From: an uncultured Chloroflexia bacterium
GTDB taxonomy: Bacteria; Chloroflexota; Anaerolineae; JAAYZQ01
Assembly: GCA_963700285.1 (NCBI GenBank)
Contig: CAVOXA010000009.1
Location: 1 to 64,000 of the forward strand
DNA: 64,000 nt
Reading direction: 5' to 3'
The position numbers and the translations under genes are program-made. Positions 9,825 through 21,225 of this stretch are shown one piece after another; the first letter of the stretch is position 1; every line of letters begins with the position of its first letter. The notes beneath the pieces were generated by a model, which saw only the letters and a list, made by a program, of their open reading frames with translations, was not told where the DNA came from and did not search any database.

Positions 9825-10895
9825 ATGGCATCGTTGATCGCCTTTCTCTTGCGACGCCTGGTGGTGGTCATGCTCACCCTGGTGGTGGTGACGGCCATCA
9901 TCTATGGTATCATCCTCATGGCGCCCATCGAAGCCCGGGCCCGGTTGTACATGGGCGAGCGAACGCGCCCCTTTATGCCCCCCGATATCGAGAGACGCTT
10001 TATCGAGAATACCATCCGAGAGCATGGGCTGGATGATCCCTATCCCGTCCAGTATTTCCGCTGGGCCTCCCGCCTCTTTCGGGGCGAGTGGGGCTGGAGC
10101 CCCGTGCTGCGCGCCGACGTTCTGCAAACACTACTGGCGCGAACGCCGGCCACCGTCGAACTGACCCTCTACTCTCTTTTGCTCTTTATTCCTCTGGGTC
10201 TGATCGCGGGGGCTGTCGCCGGCTGGCGACGAGGCCGGGCTACGGATCAGAGCTTCCGCCTGGTTGCCTTCGTGGCCACCTCCATCCCACCCTTTATCCT
10301 GGGGCTGGTGTTTCTCTCTATCTTTTACGTGGGGCTGCACTGGTTTCTGCCAGGCTATCTCAGCATCGACCAGAGCGTGGCGGTCAGGGACCCGTCCTTC
10401 CATCGCTTCACCGGCCTGGTCACCGTGGACGGGTTCCTCAACGGCCGGCCCGATATCAGCGCTGATGCTGCCCGCCACCTGGTGCTGCCTGTCCTCACCC
10501 TGAGCCTCTTTCACTGGGCGACGCTGGGTCGCGTCACCCGGGCCTCTGTCCTTGAGGAGGTGAACCAGGGCTACATCACCGCCGCCCGTGCGCGCGGTCT
10601 GTCTGAACGACAGGTCCTGTGGGGACACGCGGTGCCCAACGTGCTGGTTCCCGGGCTGACCAGCACCGCGCTGGCGGCGGCTTCGCTCATCACGGGCGTC
10701 TATGTCGTCGAGGTGGTCTTTGACTGGCCTGGTATCTCCAAACTCATCACCTACGCCATGTGGGAGCCGGACGTGTCCCTGGCCGCGGGCTTTGCCGTAT
10801 ACAGCGTGCTTGCCGTGCTGGCCATCATGTTCCTCCTGGACGTCGTCCAGGTCATCGCCGATCCACGGCTGCGTGTGGATAGCAACGGAGCTTGA
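9825..10895 (+). CDS. Peptide ABC transporter permease (OppB/DppB family)
   Basis: HGLDDPYPVQYFRW, PATVEL, HLVLPVLTL, YITAARARGL, DPRLR. Confidence 0.92.
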   Translation: MASLIAFLLRRLVVVMLTLVVVTAIIYGIILMAPIEARARLYMGERTRPFMPPDIERRFIENTIREHGLDDPYPVQYFRWASRLFRGEWGWSPVLRADVLQTLLARTPATVELTLYSLLLFIPLGLIAGAVAGWRRGRATDQSFRLVAFVATSIPPFILGLVFLSIFYVGLHWFLPGYLSIDQSVAVRDPSFHRFTGLVTVDGFLNGRPDISADAARHLVLPVLTLSLFHWATLGRVTRASVLEEVNQGYITAARARGLSERQVLWGHAVPNVLVPGLTSTALAAASLITGVYVVEVVFDWPGISKLITYAMWEPDVSLAAGFAVYSVLAVLAIMFLLDVVQVIADPRLRVDSNGA

Positions 10896-11809
10896 GTGCG
10901 GTGGCGCGCTTTTTTTCGTCCTGGCAAAACCTGCTGGCCTCTGTCATCGTCGCTGTTTTTGTCCTCGCCGCCATTCTGGCGCCATGGCTGTCCCCGGCCG
11001 ATGATCCGCAAGATCCCAGTCCCTTTCGCGTCGTCGGCAAGTCCTATGACCTGGTCCCCCGCCCGCCCAACGCCGGGTCCCCCCTGGGCACCGTGCCCGG
11101 GCAACTGGATGTCTACCACACCCTGGTCTGGGGCACGCGCTCCGCGCTGCGCTTCGGGCTAACCGTCGCCATGAGCACGGCCTGCATCGGTATCCTCATT
11201 GGCGCGGTCAGCGGTTACTTTGGGGGGGCGATCAATGGCTTGCTCATGCGCATTACCGATGCTTTTCTTGCTTTCCCGGCCATCGCGGCTGTGCTGTTGT
11301 TCCGCCAGGTGATGATGCCCGCTGCGGTATGGGTAGAGCCCACCCCGCTGCAGCAATCTCTACTTGACCTGAACGTGGATCCCGTGCTGGTTACCCTCAT
11401 CCTCTTTTCCTGGATGCCCTACGCCCGGCTAACCAGCGTCAATATCGTGCAACTGAAGCAGACGGAATTCGTGCAGGCGGCCGTATCCGTGGGGGTACCA
11501 AAGGGTCGCATTGTCGGGCGGCACCTGCTGCCCAACGCGCTCTCTTCCGTGGTGGTACTCGCTGCTCGAGACGTGGGCGCCATGGTTATTGTGGCCACCG
11601 CCTTTACCTTCGTGGGCCTGGGGCAGAGTACCGAGTGGGGGACCCTCCTGGTGACGAGCCGCGACTATGTCATCGGCTCCAATGGGAACCCGCTGACCTA
11701 CTGGTGGGTATTCCTGCCTGTCACCCTGGCTCTGGTGCTATTTGGCGTTGGCTGGAACCTGCTGGGCGATGGGTTGAATGACCTGCTGAATCCCCGTGTT
11801 GCCCGGTAG
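10892..11809 (+). CDS. Peptide ABC transporter permease (OppC/DppC family)
   Basis: LVWGTRSAL, MRITDAFLAFP, EFVQAA, HLLPN, NLLGDGLNDLLNPR. Confidence 0.92.
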   Translation: MSAVARFFSSWQNLLASVIVAVFVLAAILAPWLSPADDPQDPSPFRVVGKSYDLVPRPPNAGSPLGTVPGQLDVYHTLVWGTRSALRFGLTVAMSTACIGILIGAVSGYFGGAINGLLMRITDAFLAFPAIAAVLLFRQVMMPAAVWVEPTPLQQSLLDLNVDPVLVTLILFSWMPYARLTSVNIVQLKQTEFVQAAVSVGVPKGRIVGRHLLPNALSSVVVLAARDVGAMVIVATAFTFVGLGQSTEWGTLLVTSRDYVIGSNGNPLTYWWVFLPVTLALVLFGVGWNLLGDGLNDLLNPRVAR

Positions 11810-11996
11810 GCTCCTATCGGGAAGCAGCTTGCCGATCCTGGAGGCGAGTTCAAGGCAATTGCATCTGATCTCACCGCACGAGAAACAAGTGAGTTTTTAC
11901 ACAGTCTGGAGCAAATCGTCAAGTTTATGGAAACTTGGCAGGCATTGCGCCAACTTCGATGCATCGCCCTGACCCTGAATGCTGATTCCAGTTTCC

Positions 11997-12025
11997 TTGA
12001 CACTGAACATGGCATATGGTATGAT
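11997..12025 (+). promoter_or_regulatory. sigma70 promoter for the SBP operon
   Basis: TTGACA-17 bp-TATGAT with extended -10 TG. Confidence 0.65.
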
Positions 12026-12186
12026 GGTGTTGCTTCGTCCATAAGATTGTGGCCAGTTTTTCGCTTGTCAGGCTGCCGCTGTGGGTTAAATCGAAAAGGA
12101 GGTGATGTGGCGGGACCATAGAGTTTGACTGGCCTTTGTGACTAGCCCAGATTCTGTAGCACCAAAACAAAAAGAAGGAGGAGCAA

Positions 12187-14252
12187 ATGTTTGGCAACAA
12201 AAAGCTGGCGTTTCTTGTCGTGCTGGTGATGGTCGCCGCGTTGGTTCTGGCTGCCTGTGCCCCGGAGCCAGAGGTTGTCGTCCAGACCGTTGAGGTCGAG
12301 AAGGTCGTAGAGAAGGTTGTCACCCAGCAGGTCGAGGTGACCAAGATCGTCGAGAAAGAGGGCGAAAAGGTCACCATCGTCGAGACGCAGGTCGTCGAGG
12401 TCGAGGTGACGGCCGTTCCCGAAGAGGCGACGGCGGTCCCCGCGGCAGAGCCTCAGACCTACCGCATGGGCATCTTTGAGGACCTGACCACAACCAACTA
12501 TTGGGCCTACATGGATCCCGATTCTTCGGTGTGGAACGCGTACTATTTTACCGCAGGCAACATGCCGACCTTCTGGTACCTGGCCTACCCGGATATTCTC
12601 TTTGTGCCGCGGATGGCCACCGATCTGCCCCAAGACGATCGTGCAGGAGGGTGATTTCTGGGTTCAGACCATCGAGATCCACCCCGGTGTAACCTGGAGC
12701 GACGGTGACCGAGGTGACGGTGAACGATTTCATCTTCACCGGGGAGACGGTTCTGGACTTTGGTCTAGGTGGCAACTGGCTCAGTAGCTTCGAGGGTGAC
12801 TACATCGATCGCTTTGAGGCCGTCGATGACCACACGGTCAAGATCTACTACAGCCAGCAACCCGGCCTGAATGTGTCCCAGGTGGGCGGCGTCGGTTTTG
12901 CCCCCTGGATGCCCAAGCACTTCTGGGAGGCTGCGGTCGAGGAGTGCCGCGGGTCCGAGGATCCGGCCACCTGCCTGTACGCCGTGGATGGCTCTGAGAT
13001 GCCGACCACGGGAGAATTCACCTACGCCAAGTGGGAGCCAGGGGCCTTTGCCGAGATTACTGCTCGGAGAGGACGGCTTCTTTAACGATCGTACCGTGAC
13101 CTTTTACGAGAACGGGGCTTACAAGGAAGGCAACGACAATTACGAGTTCTGCGTCTATGGCGATTGCAGTGGCGACGTCAAGCTCGAGTACCAGATCGGC
13201 CCCCACGTTCCGAATGTCATTTACAACATCTATGGTACGCAGGACGCCGCCGTGCTGGCCCTGGCCAGCGGCGAGGTGGATTTCCTGCTCAACTCGCTGG
13301 GCCTGCAGCGCGGTCTGCGCGACCAGGTCGTCGGCAACCCCGACCTGGACGCCTTCCAGAACCCCTCCAACGGCTGCCGCTACCTGGCCTTTAACATGCG
13401 CAAGTCGCCCAACGACAGCAAGGAATTCCGCCAGGCAGTGGCCACGCTCATCGACAAGGAGTACATCACCGGCAACGTGCTGCAGAACACCGCCATCCCG
13501 GTCTATGGCATGGTGCCCGAGGGCAACACCTTCTGGTACAATCCCGACGCGCCCTCAGATCGGCAAGGGGCTGACGCGACAGGAGCGCGTCGAAAAGGCC
13601 AAGGAACTGCTCAAGGCCGGCGGCTTTAGCTGGGACACCGAGCCTGAATGGGATGAGGACGACGGCGCGGTCGAGCCCGGGACGACGCTCAAGGGTCCCG
13701 ACGGCAAGGAACTGGAGGAGATCGAGTTGCTGGCCCCCAGCGCCGGCTATGACCCCATGCGGGCCACAGCCGCCATCTGGATCGCCCAGTGGTGCCAGCG
13801 AACTGGGCATCCCGGTCAAGGCCAACCCCACCGGCTTTAACACCATCATCCCCCTGGTCTTCGAGCCGGACCCAGAGACGGGCGAGATCGAATTCGACTG
13901 GTACATCCTGGGTTGGAGCCTGGGTAATCCGGCGCTGCCTGACTTCCACGAGTCCTTCTTTGCCTGCGCCAACGACGCCAAAGAGGGTGGCAACAATACC
14001 CCAGGCTACTGCGACGAAGAGTTTGACCAAATGGGCCGCCGACTTCCTGTCGGCCCAGACCCTGGAGGACGCCCGCGAGTACGTGTGCATGCTATGGACA
14101 ACAAGCTGGCCGAAGATGTGCCCTACGTGACGCTCTTCACCGCGCCCATCCTGGAGTTCTTTGCCAAAGCTCGCGTGAGTTATCCCTTCACCGAGGCGCT
14201 GGACGGTCTCCAGAATCTGAACGGTCTGCCTGACGCGGTGATGTCAAAATAG
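12187..14252 (+). CDS. Peptide ABC transporter substrate-binding lipoprotein (family 5); several indels
   Basis: Lipobox LAAC; V/E/K/T-rich linker; TWSDG..VT..D, YLAFNMRKSP, FRQAVATLIDK, LAEDVPYVTLF. Confidence 0.88.
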
Positions 14253-14329
14253 CATTCTGTATCTGACGGGTGCGAGAGCGTGTCCATCGCTGCCGATCTC
14301 GCACCCTGCACGAAATCGACTGCACGATA

Positions 14330-14397
14330 AGAGGGCGGGGCCTCCGTCTTGCGGGCCGGGACTTTTCCGCGAGCGGGATCTGCCCCGCCCTCTTTGT
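14330..14397 (+). terminator. Stem-loop after the SBP gene (terminator or mRNA stabiliser)
   Basis: agagggcgggg...ccccgccctct followed by ttgt. Confidence 0.55.
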
Positions 14398-14661
14398 CAG
14401 CCATTTGCAGTGTCTTGTCCCTGGACTGTGTGGTTCTGGAGTTGGACAGCGTCAGTTCCTAAATCATAGTTGGCGGGGCCGCCATCCATTGCTGCTGCGC
14501 GTGACCAGGCGGGGTGTCCAAGCCTGCTTGTTGCTGCCCATCTAGAGCCCGTAAGCCCTTGATCCAACCGGGGAGAAGCGGCGTCGAGAGGCTAGTCTGA
14601 ATCTCGAAGGGTCTGTACTGGGTTTCGAAGGGCCGTCGTCAAGGAAGGGGTCTGGACGAAG

Positions 14662-15816
14662 ATGTTTCGCTATATCCTGAACCGTCTTTTGCAGATTGTG
14701 CTGCTGCTGCTTGTTTTCCAATCCCTGCTCTTTTTCCTGCTGGAAGCCATGCCTGGGGATATCTCCAATCAGTTCGTTGGCAACCCGGATATTCCTCCTG
14801 AGGCCAAGCAGATCATCATCCAGCGTCTCGGGCTGGACAAACCCATCGGCGAGCGGTATTCGAACTACGTGCTGAACTTTCTCAAAGGCGATCTGGGTGT
14901 TTCCTACGTCCACTATCCCCGCGAGGTAATGGACATCATTAAGGAGCGGGCGCCGCGCACTATCCTCCTGTTCACCACTGCCACGCTGTTGTCCTTCCTG
15001 ACCGGCTTTCTCATGGGCAAGATCCTGGCCTGGCGACGCGGCGGCCTCTTTGAGTATGGCGCCACGGTTGGCGGGGTGATGCTCTATACTGTCTTCACGC
15101 CCTGGTTTGGCCTGATCATGATCTGGATCTTTGCTTTCAAGTTTGGCCTGGTTCCCGTGGGCGGGTTCTTGACTCCCCAGAAGTGGACGGGTGCTCCCTG
15201 TCAGTGCCAACTATGTGTTCCACCGTATGCTGCTGACTGCCGTGCTGTTTGCTGTATTGCTGGGCGCGCTCTTTATCTTCACCCGCAAGGTATCACCCTG
15301 GAGACGCGAGATCCGGTTGGCGGGTACTGCATTGCTGGTCCTGGCCACCAGTTGCCATTTGGGCGCTCTCTCCTATCGGAGTCTATGGGCTGGACATTGC
15401 CCATCATCTGGTTCTGCCAGTGTTGACGTTGACCCTCGTCGCCTTTGCGGGGACGATGCTGCTAACCCGAAACTCGATGCTGGAGACGCTTGCGCGAGGA
15501 CTATATTCTGACGGCCCGCGCCAAGGGCTTGACCGAGAAGGTTGTCCGTGATAAGCATGCAGCGCGCAATGCCCTGCTGCCCGTGGTGACCAGTTTGATC
15601 CTCAGCCTGGCCTTTGTCATCAGTGGTGGCATCATCACCGAAACCATCTTTTCCTGGCCGGGGATGGGGCAGACCCTGCTGACTGCAGCACTCACGGAGG
15701 ATATCCCTTTGGCCGTTGGGTCTCTGACCTTTGTCGCCGTAATCGCCCTCTTCGCCCACCTGATCGTGGACATCCTGTACGTTTTTCTGGACCCCAGGAT
15801 GAGAGTCCAGGGCTAG
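14662..15816 (+). CDS. Peptide ABC permease (OppB family); indels
   Basis: MFRYILNRLLQ, GDLGVS, HLVLPVLTL, EDYILTARAKGL, ETIFSWPGMG, LDPR. Confidence 0.9.
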
Positions 15817-15914
15817 ACAGGCCAAAGAGCCAGATGCCTGGATAGGCGCCGGGAAGGGTGAATGCCTCTTTTTGTGACGGGCCAAGGGCACAGACAGAGC
15901 CCGATGCGAGGAAA

Positions 15915-16996
15915 ATGATGAGTGAAGCGACTGAGCTTCTGGATAGCGAGCGAAAAGAGTCCCTGTGGCGCATCCGTCTCAGGTTGACCTGGAAGAGCCT
16001 GAAGGGAGAACTGGTCTTTGTTCGCGGAGAACAAGATCGGCTTGCTCGGCCTGGGTATCATTGTCTTTTTTGCATTGTTGGCCATCGCACACCCGATCTT
16101 GATGAAGACCGTGTGGGATCCAAAGATCTACGATCCGGTGATCGGTTACGACGAGATCCTCGTGGAAAAGACGGTGGTCGAGGAGGTCACCGACCCGGCT
16201 ACCGAGGTTCAAGTGAGCATCGCCCAACTGGACTATTTCCACCTCGATCCTGAAGTCGGTGATACGATTACCATCCTGGAGCAGCCAGCCCCGCCATCGG
16301 CCGGAGCATCTGCTGGGGACCGATCCGCTGGGCCGCGATGTGCTGAGCCAGCTCATGTACAGCACCAGTGCAGAGTTCATGCTGGGCATCGTGGCCGCAC
16401 TGGTGACGGTGATCATTGCCACAACGGTCGGCGCGGTGGCGGCCTACTTTGGCGGACTCGATCGACACCGTCTTTCATGCGCGTCGCCGACCTGCTCATT
16501 ATCATGCCCCTTATCCCCGTCCTGATTCTGATGGGGGCGCTGATCAACCTGGAGCTGATCCACCTGGCCATCATCATCGGCATCCTGTCCGGTTTTGGCG
16601 GCACGACTCTGATCATCAAGTCGCAGGCCCTGACGGTCAAGGTCAAGCCCTTCATCGAGGCGGCGCCAAGGTCGCCGGAGGCAGCAACTGGCACATCATC
16701 TTTACCCACCTGGTCCCCAACCTCATGCCCCTGTCTTTTCTGTACATGATGTTCACCGTCACGACGGCCATCTTTTTCGAGGCGGTGCTGTCCTTCTTTG
16801 GCCTGATGGACGTCAACATGAGTTGGGGGCTCGATGATCAACATCGCCCAGAGCCAGGGGTACCTGCTGTCGGGCACCCGCTACTGGTGGCTGCTGATGC
16901 CGTCTGGTGCGGCTATCACGCCTTCTGTGCTCGGCTTTCTACCTCGTGGGGCGCGCCCTGGATGAGGTCGTAAATCCCAGACTGCGGGAGCGGTAA
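15915..16996 (+). CDS. Peptide ABC permease (OppC family); indels
   Basis: HLLGTDPLGRDVLSQL, MRVADLL, FIEAA, HLVPN, DEVVNPRLRER*. Confidence 0.88.
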
Positions 16997-17013
16997 AGAA
17001 GGAGCCTTTGCCT

Positions 17014-18045
17014 ATGCCTGATAGATATGGCAGCCACATCTCGGATACCACCCTGACGGAAGGGCGCTCGGACAAACCCAGACCGCTTCTGTCGGTTGAG
17101 GACCTGGTCATGCACTACAGGGTCCGCGCCGGCGATATTGGGGCGGTCGATGGCGTTTCATTTTCGCTGGAACATGGCCGATCTCTGGGCCTGGTCGGTG
17201 AATCTGGTTGCGGCAAGACATCGATCGCCATCTGTCTGCTCAGGCTGTTGCCTGACAACGCCCAGCATCAAGGGGGGCCGCGTCTATTTTGACAGCGTGG
17301 ACCTGGTTGCCTTGCCCGAAGAGGAGATGCGCCGCTATCGCTGGAACCGCATCTCGATGGTCTTTCAGGCGGCCATGAACTCGCTGAATCCGGTCTATCG
17401 CGTGGGCGACCAGATCGTCGAGGCGATGCAGACGCACTGGGAGGCCATCACCGTTACCGAGGCCCGCGAGCGGGTGGCAGAGCTCTTCGATCTGGTGGGC
17501 CTCGAGCCCTCATTTGTGGATCGCTATCCCCACGAGTTCAGCGGTGGCATGCGCCAACGGGCGGTCATCGCCATGGCCCTGTCCTGCAATCCCGATATCA
17601 TCATCGCTGACGAGCCGACCACGGCCCTGGACGTCATCGTCCAGGACCGCGTGCTGCGCAAGCTGGAAGAGATCCAGCGACGGCTGGACATGGCCATGAT
17701 CTACATTTCCCACGACATTGCCGTCATCGCCGAGGTGAGCGACCGTATCGGGGTGATGTATGCGGGGCACCTGGCCGAACTGGCCGACAGTGTGGACATC
17801 TTTGAGCGGCCCCTGCACCCCTATACCTATGCCTTGATCAGCTCCTTTCCCAGCATCAAGGGGCGAAGAAAGTGCTCAAGACCCTGCCCGGCGAACCACC
17901 TGACCTGCTGCATCCGCCCTCGGGCTGCCGTTTCCACCCCCGCTGCTCTCGGGCCCTGGACGTCTGCGCTGAGGAACAGCCGGTCCTTCGTAGCTATGGC
18001 GGGGGACACCTGGCTGCCTGCTGGAACCCCGTGGAGGTGGACTGA
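17014..18045 (+). CDS. Peptide ABC ATP-binding protein (OppD); indels
   Basis: [35 protein letters not shown]. Confidence 0.92.
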
Positions 18046-19113
18046 TGGCTGACAGGGCTATCTCGATGGACAATGGTCTGTCTCCAGACCCTGGCTCGGT
18101 ACAGAGCCCTCCAAACGGCAACGGCAGGATTGTCAAGGTCGAGGATCTGCAGAGACAGTTTCCCGTCAGTGCCGGCATGTTCCGCAAGCCCACGCATTTC
18201 GTCCACGCCGTGGATGGCGTCAACTTTGAGATCCCCACGGGCGGCAGTCTGGGTCTGGTGGGCGAGTCGGGCTGTGGCAAGACGACGACCGGCAAGCTGA
18301 TCGTCAAGCTCTACGAGCCGACGGAAGGGCACATCTACCTGCGCGAGCCAGGAACGGAGAGCTATACCGATCTGGCCGCTCTTCGAGGGCCGCGCGCTGA
18401 AGCGTCTTTCGCCGCCGAGTGCAGATGATCTTCCAGGACCCCTACGAATCGCTGAACCCCCGCCGGACGATCTTTGACACCGTTGCCGAACCGCTGAAGG
18501 TGCAGGGCATGGGCACCGTCGCCGAGCGAGAGGAGTCGGGTGGCTCGAGATGCTGTCCGTGGTTGGCCTGGTGCCGCCCGCCACCTTTATGTTTCGCTTT
18601 CCCCACGAGCTGTCGGGCGGGCAGCGGCAGCGGGTGGCCATCGCCCGGGCCCTGGTCGTGGAGCCGCAGTTTGTCGTGGCCGACGAGCCGACCTCGATGC
18701 TGGATGTGTCGATCCGCATCGGCGTCATGGAGTTGATGGCCGATCTGGCCCATCGGATGGGCGTCAGTTATCTGTACATCACCCACGACCTGGCCGTGGC
18801 GCGCTACATGTGCCAGCGCATCGCCGTGATGTACACCGGCAAGATCGTGGAACTGGCCGAATCGGAGGAGCTGCTGGCCAATCCTCTCCACCCCTATTCG
18901 CGGGCGCTCATTTCTGCCGTGCCTGTCCCCGATCCGCGCTTGAGCCGGGACGTGATCGAGATCAAGGGTGGCATCGCCAAGCCCATCGACCCACCGCCGC
19001 GCTGCCGTTTCTTCCCTCGCTGTCCACTGGCCGACAAAGAGTGCGAGGACAACGATCATCCGCCCCTGGAGGAAAAGGGCAGCGACCATTTTGTGGCCTG
19101 CTACAAGGTCTAG
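18045..19113 (+). CDS. Peptide ABC ATP-binding protein (OppF); indels
   Basis: [45 protein letters not shown]...HFVAC. Confidence 0.92.
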
Positions 19114-19220
19114 ATGGTCGAACCTTGCTACGGCCTTTGAGAAGGCAAGCGATCTTTTTTCCCTTTCCTCCTGCCTGTGCTATAATCCCAATCTGAGGTG
19201 CAGCGGATGGAGGCTCCTGG

Positions 19221-20072
19221 TTGATCATCGACTTTCACACGCACATCACGGCACCAGAGATCATCGCCCGGCGGGACGAGTACCTGGTTCGCGATGCCTG
19301 GTTCCGCGACCTGTATGCCAATCCCCAAGCCCGCCTGAGCTCGGCCGAGGATCTGATCGCGGCCATGGACCGGGCTGCTGTGGACCAGGCGGTCGTCTTT
19401 GGTTTTGGCTGGCGGGACATGGACCTCTGCCGCCGGGACAATGACTATGTCATGGAATCGGTGGCCCGCTACCCCGATCGCCTCATTGGCTTTGGCATCG
19501 TCAATCCGGCTGCCGGCGCCGAGGCGGTGCGCGAGATCGAGCGCTGCGCCGCGGGTGGGCTCCGTGGCCTCGGCGAGCTGATGCCCGACGGCCAGGGCTA
19601 TCGCCTGGATGACGAGAAGGCCATGGCCCCCATCGTCGAGGCCGCGATGGACCACGACATGGTCTTGCTGACCCATTGCAGCGAACCGGTGGGGCATCTC
19701 TACCCCGGCAAGGGCACGGTGACGCCCGATGAGGTGATCCGTTTTGCCCGCCTCTTTCCCGAGGCCACGCTGGTCTGCGCCCATTGGGGTGGGGGGGCAA
19801 TCTTTTACGAGCTGATGCCCGAGATCCGCGAGGTCATGTGCAACGTCTACTATGACACGGCCGCCTCCCTCTACCTGTACGAGGATGACATCTTTTCACT
19901 GGCGGCCCGCTGGGCGCCCGGCAAGGTGCTTTTTGCCACCGACTATCCCCTGATCACGCCGGCGCGTTTCATCGGGCGGATGCAGGCCGCGCGGATGCCC
20001 ACCGCCACCCTGCGGCGCATGCTGGGCGGCAATGCCTGGCGGGTGCTCAAGCTTGGGGAGCGTTCGACATAG
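19221..20072 (+). CDS. Amidohydrolase family 2 protein
   Basis: IIDFHTH, LGEL, AHWGG, YYDTAA, LFATDYP, GGNA. Confidence 0.88.
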   Translation: MIIDFHTHITAPEIIARRDEYLVRDAWFRDLYANPQARLSSAEDLIAAMDRAAVDQAVVFGFGWRDMDLCRRDNDYVMESVARYPDRLIGFGIVNPAAGAEAVREIERCAAGGLRGLGELMPDGQGYRLDDEKAMAPIVEAAMDHDMVLLTHCSEPVGHLYPGKGTVTPDEVIRFARLFPEATLVCAHWGGGAIFYELMPEIREVMCNVYYDTAASLYLYEDDIFSLAARWAPGKVLFATDYPLITPARFIGRMQAARMPTATLRRMLGGNAWRVLKLGERST

Positions 20073-20133
20073 AATCAGAGGCACGTCCTGTGTCACTGGC
20101 TCTTGTTGGGCGAGTGCAGAGAAAGGTCGATGG

Positions 20134-20721
20134 ATGCCAATCCTGCGAACCTTCATCGCCATCGAATTGGACCAGGAACTGAAAGCCGAGCTGCAGCGGG
20201 TGCAGGAGGGTCTGCGCGAGCAGGTGGCGCCGCGCAGCGTCCGCTGGGTGCAGCCCGAGGCATCCACCTGACGCTCAAGTTTCTGGGCGATACGCCCACT
20301 GAGAAGGTGGGGGCAGTCAAGGATGCGCTTGCGCAGGCCGCCGCCCAGGTCAGCCCTTTTCGCTTTGCGGTCAGTGGCCTGGGCTGTTTTCCCAATACCC
20401 GGCAGCCGCGGGTGGTCTGGGTCGGGCTGCAGGATCCGACAGGCGCCTTGATGCGTCTGCGCGATGCCGTTGAGGCCCAGGTGGCGCCCCTGGGTTTCCC
20501 CACCGAGACGCGACCCTTCCACCCGCACCTGACGCTGGGCCGGGTGCAGCGTCACGCCTCCAAGTCCGAGGTGCGCGAGCTTGGCGCGGTCGTCGTTAGC
20601 AGCCCGCATCGGCGACGTCGGCGAGATGGCGGTCAGCGGCGTGTCCTACATCAAGAGCGACCTGCAGCCCAGTGGCGCGGTCTATACGACGCTGGCCGAG
20701 GCGACCCTGGTAGGGAGCTGA
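20134..20721 (+). CDS. thpR: RNA 2',3'-cyclic phosphodiesterase (2H family); indels
   Basis: RTFIAIEL; two HxT motifs (HLTLKFLG, HLTLGR). Confidence 0.9.
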
Positions 20722-20730
20722 GGGCGAAGG

Positions 20731-21225
20731 ATGTTCGTGGCGGTGATTGGTTCCGCAAGCTGTGACGAGCACGTCGCAGCCCAGGCCAGGGAGGTAGGCC
20801 AGGAGCTTGCTCGCCGAGGAGCCGTGCTGGTCTGCGGTGGCCGGGGCGGGGTGATGGAAGCGGCCTGCCAGGGCGCCAAGGCTGGGGGTGGGACCACGGT
20901 GGGCATTCTTCCCGGGACCGACCGCCGCGAGGCCAATCCCTATGTGGATATCCCCATCGTCACCGGCCTGGGTGAGGCGCGCAATGCCATCGTCGTCCGC
21001 ACCGCCGACGCCGTCATTGCCGTCAGCGGCGGTTATGGCACGCTGTCCGAGATCGGCCTGGCGCTCAAGATGGGTCGGCCCGTGGTTGGGCTTGGTACGT
21101 GGGAATTGGGCCAGCAGGGGCGGTCGGTACCGGCGGTGGTGCCGGCTGACACACCGGCCCAGGCGGTTGAACTGGCTCTGAGCCTGGCCGTCCAGGGCCA
21201 ACAGGAGGAGACAGGAGATGGCTAA
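20731..21225 (+). CDS. TIGR00725 family (LOG-like) protein
   Basis: VCGGRGGVMEAACQGAK, GILPG, TGLGEARN, GGYGTLSEIG. Confidence 0.9.
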   Translation: MFVAVIGSASCDEHVAAQAREVGQELARRGAVLVCGGRGGVMEAACQGAKAGGGTTVGILPGTDRREANPYVDIPIVTGLGEARNAIVVRTADAVIAVSGGYGTLSEIGLALKMGRPVVGLGTWELGQQGRSVPAVVPADTPAQAVELALSLAVQGQQEETGDG

